Source: Pseudovirgaria hyperparasitica
Taxonomy: Eukaryota
Assembly (NCBI GenBank): GCA_010093815.1
Contig: ML996585.1
Direction: 5' to 3' (one strand)
Length of the DNA: 41,121 nucleotides
This document shows, piece after piece, positions 37,460 through 41,121 of the stretch. A program made the translations under genes and the position numbers. Each line of letters starts with the position of its first letter. Position 1 is the first letter of the stretch. The notes beneath the pieces were generated by a model that saw nothing but the letters and a program-made list of their open reading frames with translations, was not told the origin of the DNA and did not search any database.

Positions 37460-37595
37460 GCGTTATATACCCGGTATATACTTATTTATACTTATTTATA
37501 TAGACTCGTTATATACCCGATACTTATTTATTAATAGACTTATTACGTATCTAATACTTACTTAACTATAGACTTATTATATACCCGGTATCTAA
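37460..37595. repeat. 34-bp tandem repeat, ~3.5 copies
   Basis: ATAGACTCGTTATATACCCGATACTTATTTATTA-like units. Confidence 0.75.
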
Positions 37596-37873
37596 TAAGA
37601 TATAAACGCAAATAACGAAAATATTAGAATCGGGTATAAGCTAGGTCTAGTAGACCTAGAGATATAGTTTGGATTTCAGGGTATTAATATATATAATCTA
37701 TCTATATTAGGTTAATACTATCTACGTCTAGTTCTACCTATAAATAAGAATTCTTTAAGTTCTATATACCCCTTTTAGAGGCGTAGAGTTTTTATACTAG
37801 CTAGTAATTATTAGATAATAAGGAGGTGTATCCCTAGATACTCCTTAGCTAAAATTATAGATAGTTATTAAAT

Positions 37874-40800
37874 ATAATAATAATAATAATATTATTATAT
37901 AACTAGGTAGAGTAGTTTACTCTATAGGCGTATACCTCCTCTAGTCTAAGCTATTATATAAGAAAAAACCTTTATATAAGGAAAAACTCCCTTCTCTCTA
38001 TAACTATATCTCGTAAAACCTTTATATTATCTTAAGTATATAGCCGTTAGGAATATCTATAGGTCTATAATCTATAGTACTATTATTTTACCCTTAGATA
38101 GCACGTATAGAGTATAGGGGTTATTAGTTAAGGGTTACCCTTAACTAATAATTAGGGTTCTCCTAGAGTTCTTCCGGCGTATATTAGGGTCTATCTAGTA
38201 TATACCTAGTTCCTTCTAGTATATATATCTAGGTCTATTAGTATTAGGGAAGAGGGAGGTATATAAGTATCTATCGGGCGATCTCCTTAGGGTACTTATT
38301 AAGCTACTATATAATATTAGAGGTCCTTATTATATAGATAAGCGATTATCTCTATATATAGAGGTCCGGGCATATTATAAGATAGTATTATATTATACCT
38401 CTCTAGCTATATACTTTATACTATAGAGATATATCTAGAACGCCCCTCTAGTATAAGTAGTATAGAAGTTCTATAACTTCTATTCGGGCTTAGAGAAGGA
38501 TAGATACTTAGGCTTTTATAAGCCCCTTATATATCTATCTACTTAGTTCCTTCTATAGTCTCTAGATCTATTCTAGATATCTATTCTATTAGAATATCTA
38601 ATAGATCCGGAGGACTTCCTTCTATTTATTCTAGGTCTACGACTATATAGCCCGTATAAGCTTCTAAGGGTTCTACTAGTCTACGGAGATATCCGGGTTA
38701 TCCCCGATCTCCTATATAATTTAGTTTAAGTCTATCTCTATTAGACTCTTATATTATAGTTAAGTCTAGTCTATATATAGTAGTACTTAGTAGTAGATAC
38801 TAACTTATATATATAGCGCGGCGAAGGTATATTCGGCGTGTCCCACGCGTTCCTATACTTATTATTTAGTAAAGTATACTACCCTCTATATCTAGTAGAA
38901 GTCTTATATACTTATTATATTTATCTCGCGCTATAGTAGTACTATATTAGTAGCTTTATATATACTAGATATAAGGCGGAGTATACGGTTCTATATAGAC
39001 TTAAGCTTTATTCGCCTAGCCTACGTAAGGGCTATATACTAGTACTTATATCTATATATAAAGGCGGGTCGTGCTATAGAGACGTATAGCTAGCGCGCCT
39101 TATTCTAGGTGGTTCTCTATATAGAGGCCGTAATCTAGTATATAGCGGCTTCTACCTTAAGGGCCCTAGATACTATATATATAATCTATAGACCCTATTT
39201 AAGTTTATTATTAATTATAACGCTAAGTATATATATACTCTATATTAGTAGTTTAGTAAAAGCATCTATTCTAGAACGTTGCTCTCCTTCCTTAGTAGTC
39301 TATTTCCTATAGTAGTTAATAAAGTATATAAGTTAGTATTTCTTAGGGGCGAACTTTACTCTATGGCGCTTTACCTACTAGATATATCTCTTATAGTCTT
39401 ATTTAAGGCGTTTATAGGTTAAACTAGTATTATTATTAATAGCTAGAAGGTATATATTATTAGCGTATCCTACTACCTCTATATATTATATCCTCTATAG
39501 AAGGTCTATAGTAAAGAAGAGGAAGAGAATTAGAGAGATAGTACTTTCTTATAGAATACCATATATCGTGTTCTTGTATTTACTTTAATATCTAGAGATA
39601 TATATCTAGGTAATTCTTTTGGCGAGGAAGGACTATATAAACTTTATAATTTATTTAAGTATATATCTCTTCTATAGGTTATAGATAAGTCTTATATAGT
39701 TTACCTTATTAAATGCACTAGCTATATTAAGGGAGAGTAGTATTACTATACGTCTCTACTTCTATATAGTCTAGATAACTTTAAGAATATATTAGATAGT
39801 AGTAATTAGGGAGCTCCCGGTCTTCGCCTTCTAGTTCACTAGAAGAAGGTTATATTCTTATACTATAGTACTTATCTTCTTCGCGATTATAGTCTTAAGT
39901 ATCTTACTAAGATAGAAGAGAAGGGTAATTAGTCTCTATCCTTTTAGAGAGTTAGGGTTCTTCTCTAGCTTTAGAAGTATAATAGTATAGATAGTCTAGA
40001 AGCTTTAGGGGTGGTACCTATTCTTAGTATATACCTAGAAGATAAGACTAATAAGTAGTAAGGTTATCTATATAGTATATTTAAGATATCTATTTAGTAT
40101 TCTATCTAGTCTAGGCGCTTTATTATTCGGGAGTGTTTTAATAGTATTAAGTATATCTTCTTCTATAATCTCTACGGGAATATTAACCGCGTCTAGATAT
40201 ATATTATTATTAATATCTAATAGGTCTACTAGCTCTAGAGGGGGAAATATAACTTCTTAGAGGATCTCTATCTTTTCGGGGCTCGTGGTATATATCCTTT
40301 CCTAGTATATTAAGGGAGATATTAGTAGTAGTAGTATCGGTATATCCGCGCTCTTAGCCTACTTTACTATATACTATAGTTCTATGGCCTAGTATATATA
40401 TTTATTAGTAATTATATACTATTATTTATATTATTTATTACGGAGGGTTCTATTATAAGATTAGATTACCTCTTTCTATTTCTTCTATACCTTAGTTATC
40501 TAGATATAGTATACACGTATATATAGTCTCTAGGCTTCCCTTCTACTTTTATATATTTAAGGTATACCCCTTATATCTAGGGGCTTATACGTTTAGTATA
40601 GTATATATTTATCTCTTAAGTTTTAGAAGGCTTAAAGAAGGACTTATACGGCTCTATCTATAGCCGGGCTATTAGATATATTAACTATAGAGGGATCTAG
40701 AATTACTAATTCTAGGTTCTCTCTATACTTCTTCTAGTTAGTATCTTTCTATAGCTATCTCCCCTATTATTTATTAGATATAGATATATCTATTACGGTC

Positions 40801-40892
40801 TCTATATATTCGTAGTTAGAGTCTATCTATATCTTACTAGGGCGGTAATATTATACTCTATAGCTTATATATTCTATAGCGAGGGTAAGGTC
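37874..40892 (-). mobile_element. Tad1-like LINE copy E (tail, 3' UTR, RT, to the end of APE), interrupted by an LTR
   Basis: Colinear with copy C 15901-18910; (TAA)n at 37874-37891. Confidence 0.93.
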
Positions 40893-41121
40893 TGTGAAAA
40901 GGGCAGGTATAAATAGATATATAATATTCCTTATATAAGGAATATATATCTAAATAGAGTTATATAATAGGATCTAGCCGTAATAGACTATTATATAATA
41001 AACGGATCGGCGGAGTATAGCTTAAAGATAATAAGAATATAGTATAATTCTTAAAGTAAAGACTAGATAGAGAGAGAACTAAATACATAGAGAGACCGTT
41101 CCTTATATATTCCTCCTTATA
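40893..41121 (-). repeat. LTR, copy 3 (solo or 3' LTR), inserted in LINE E
   Basis: TGTGAAAAGGGCAGG...TTCCTCCTTATA, 229 bp, matching 13578-13807. Confidence 0.9.

Larger units (their letters stand above)
23068..37873 (-). mobile_element. Putative large mobile or duplicated unit with six RIPed genes (SNF2 ATPase, UPF1-like helicase, four unknowns)
   Basis: Sharp left junction inside an LTR, terminal hairpin, tandem arrays near both ends and uniform RIP throughout. The true right end is uncertain because LINE E follows. Confidence 0.55.

Overview
Fungal (Pezizomycotina-like) AT-rich repeat region that has been heavily hit by RIP (repeat-induced point mutation): TpA is abundant, CpA/TpG are scarce, and Gln/Trp codons appear as TAA/TAG while Cys/His codons appear as Tyr. 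No intact gene survives, and the six supplied ORFs look like artefacts. Reading through the RIP stops by eye gives a nested TE landscape: six pieces of one Tad1-like LINE family (one full length, 15901-21181), the 3' end of a chromoviral Gypsy that carries an antisense spliced Zn(II)2Cys6-like gene, a 601-bp TRIM with a self-priming PBS and a tRNA-like A-box/B-box structure spanning its LTR junction, a non-autonomous copia-type LTR element, a copia RT/RNaseH fragment and an APH-like kinase pseudogene. The most notable block is a ~14.8-kb RIP-killed six-gene unit (23068-37873) that abuts a truncated LTR. It has a terminal hairpin and subterminal tandem repeats, and encodes a divergent SNF2 ATPase, a UPF1/NAM7-like SF1 helicase with three CCHC knuckles and four unknown proteins, with no recognisable transposase. 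All protein calls come from manual translation and manual de-RIP; no searches were run and boundaries are approximate.
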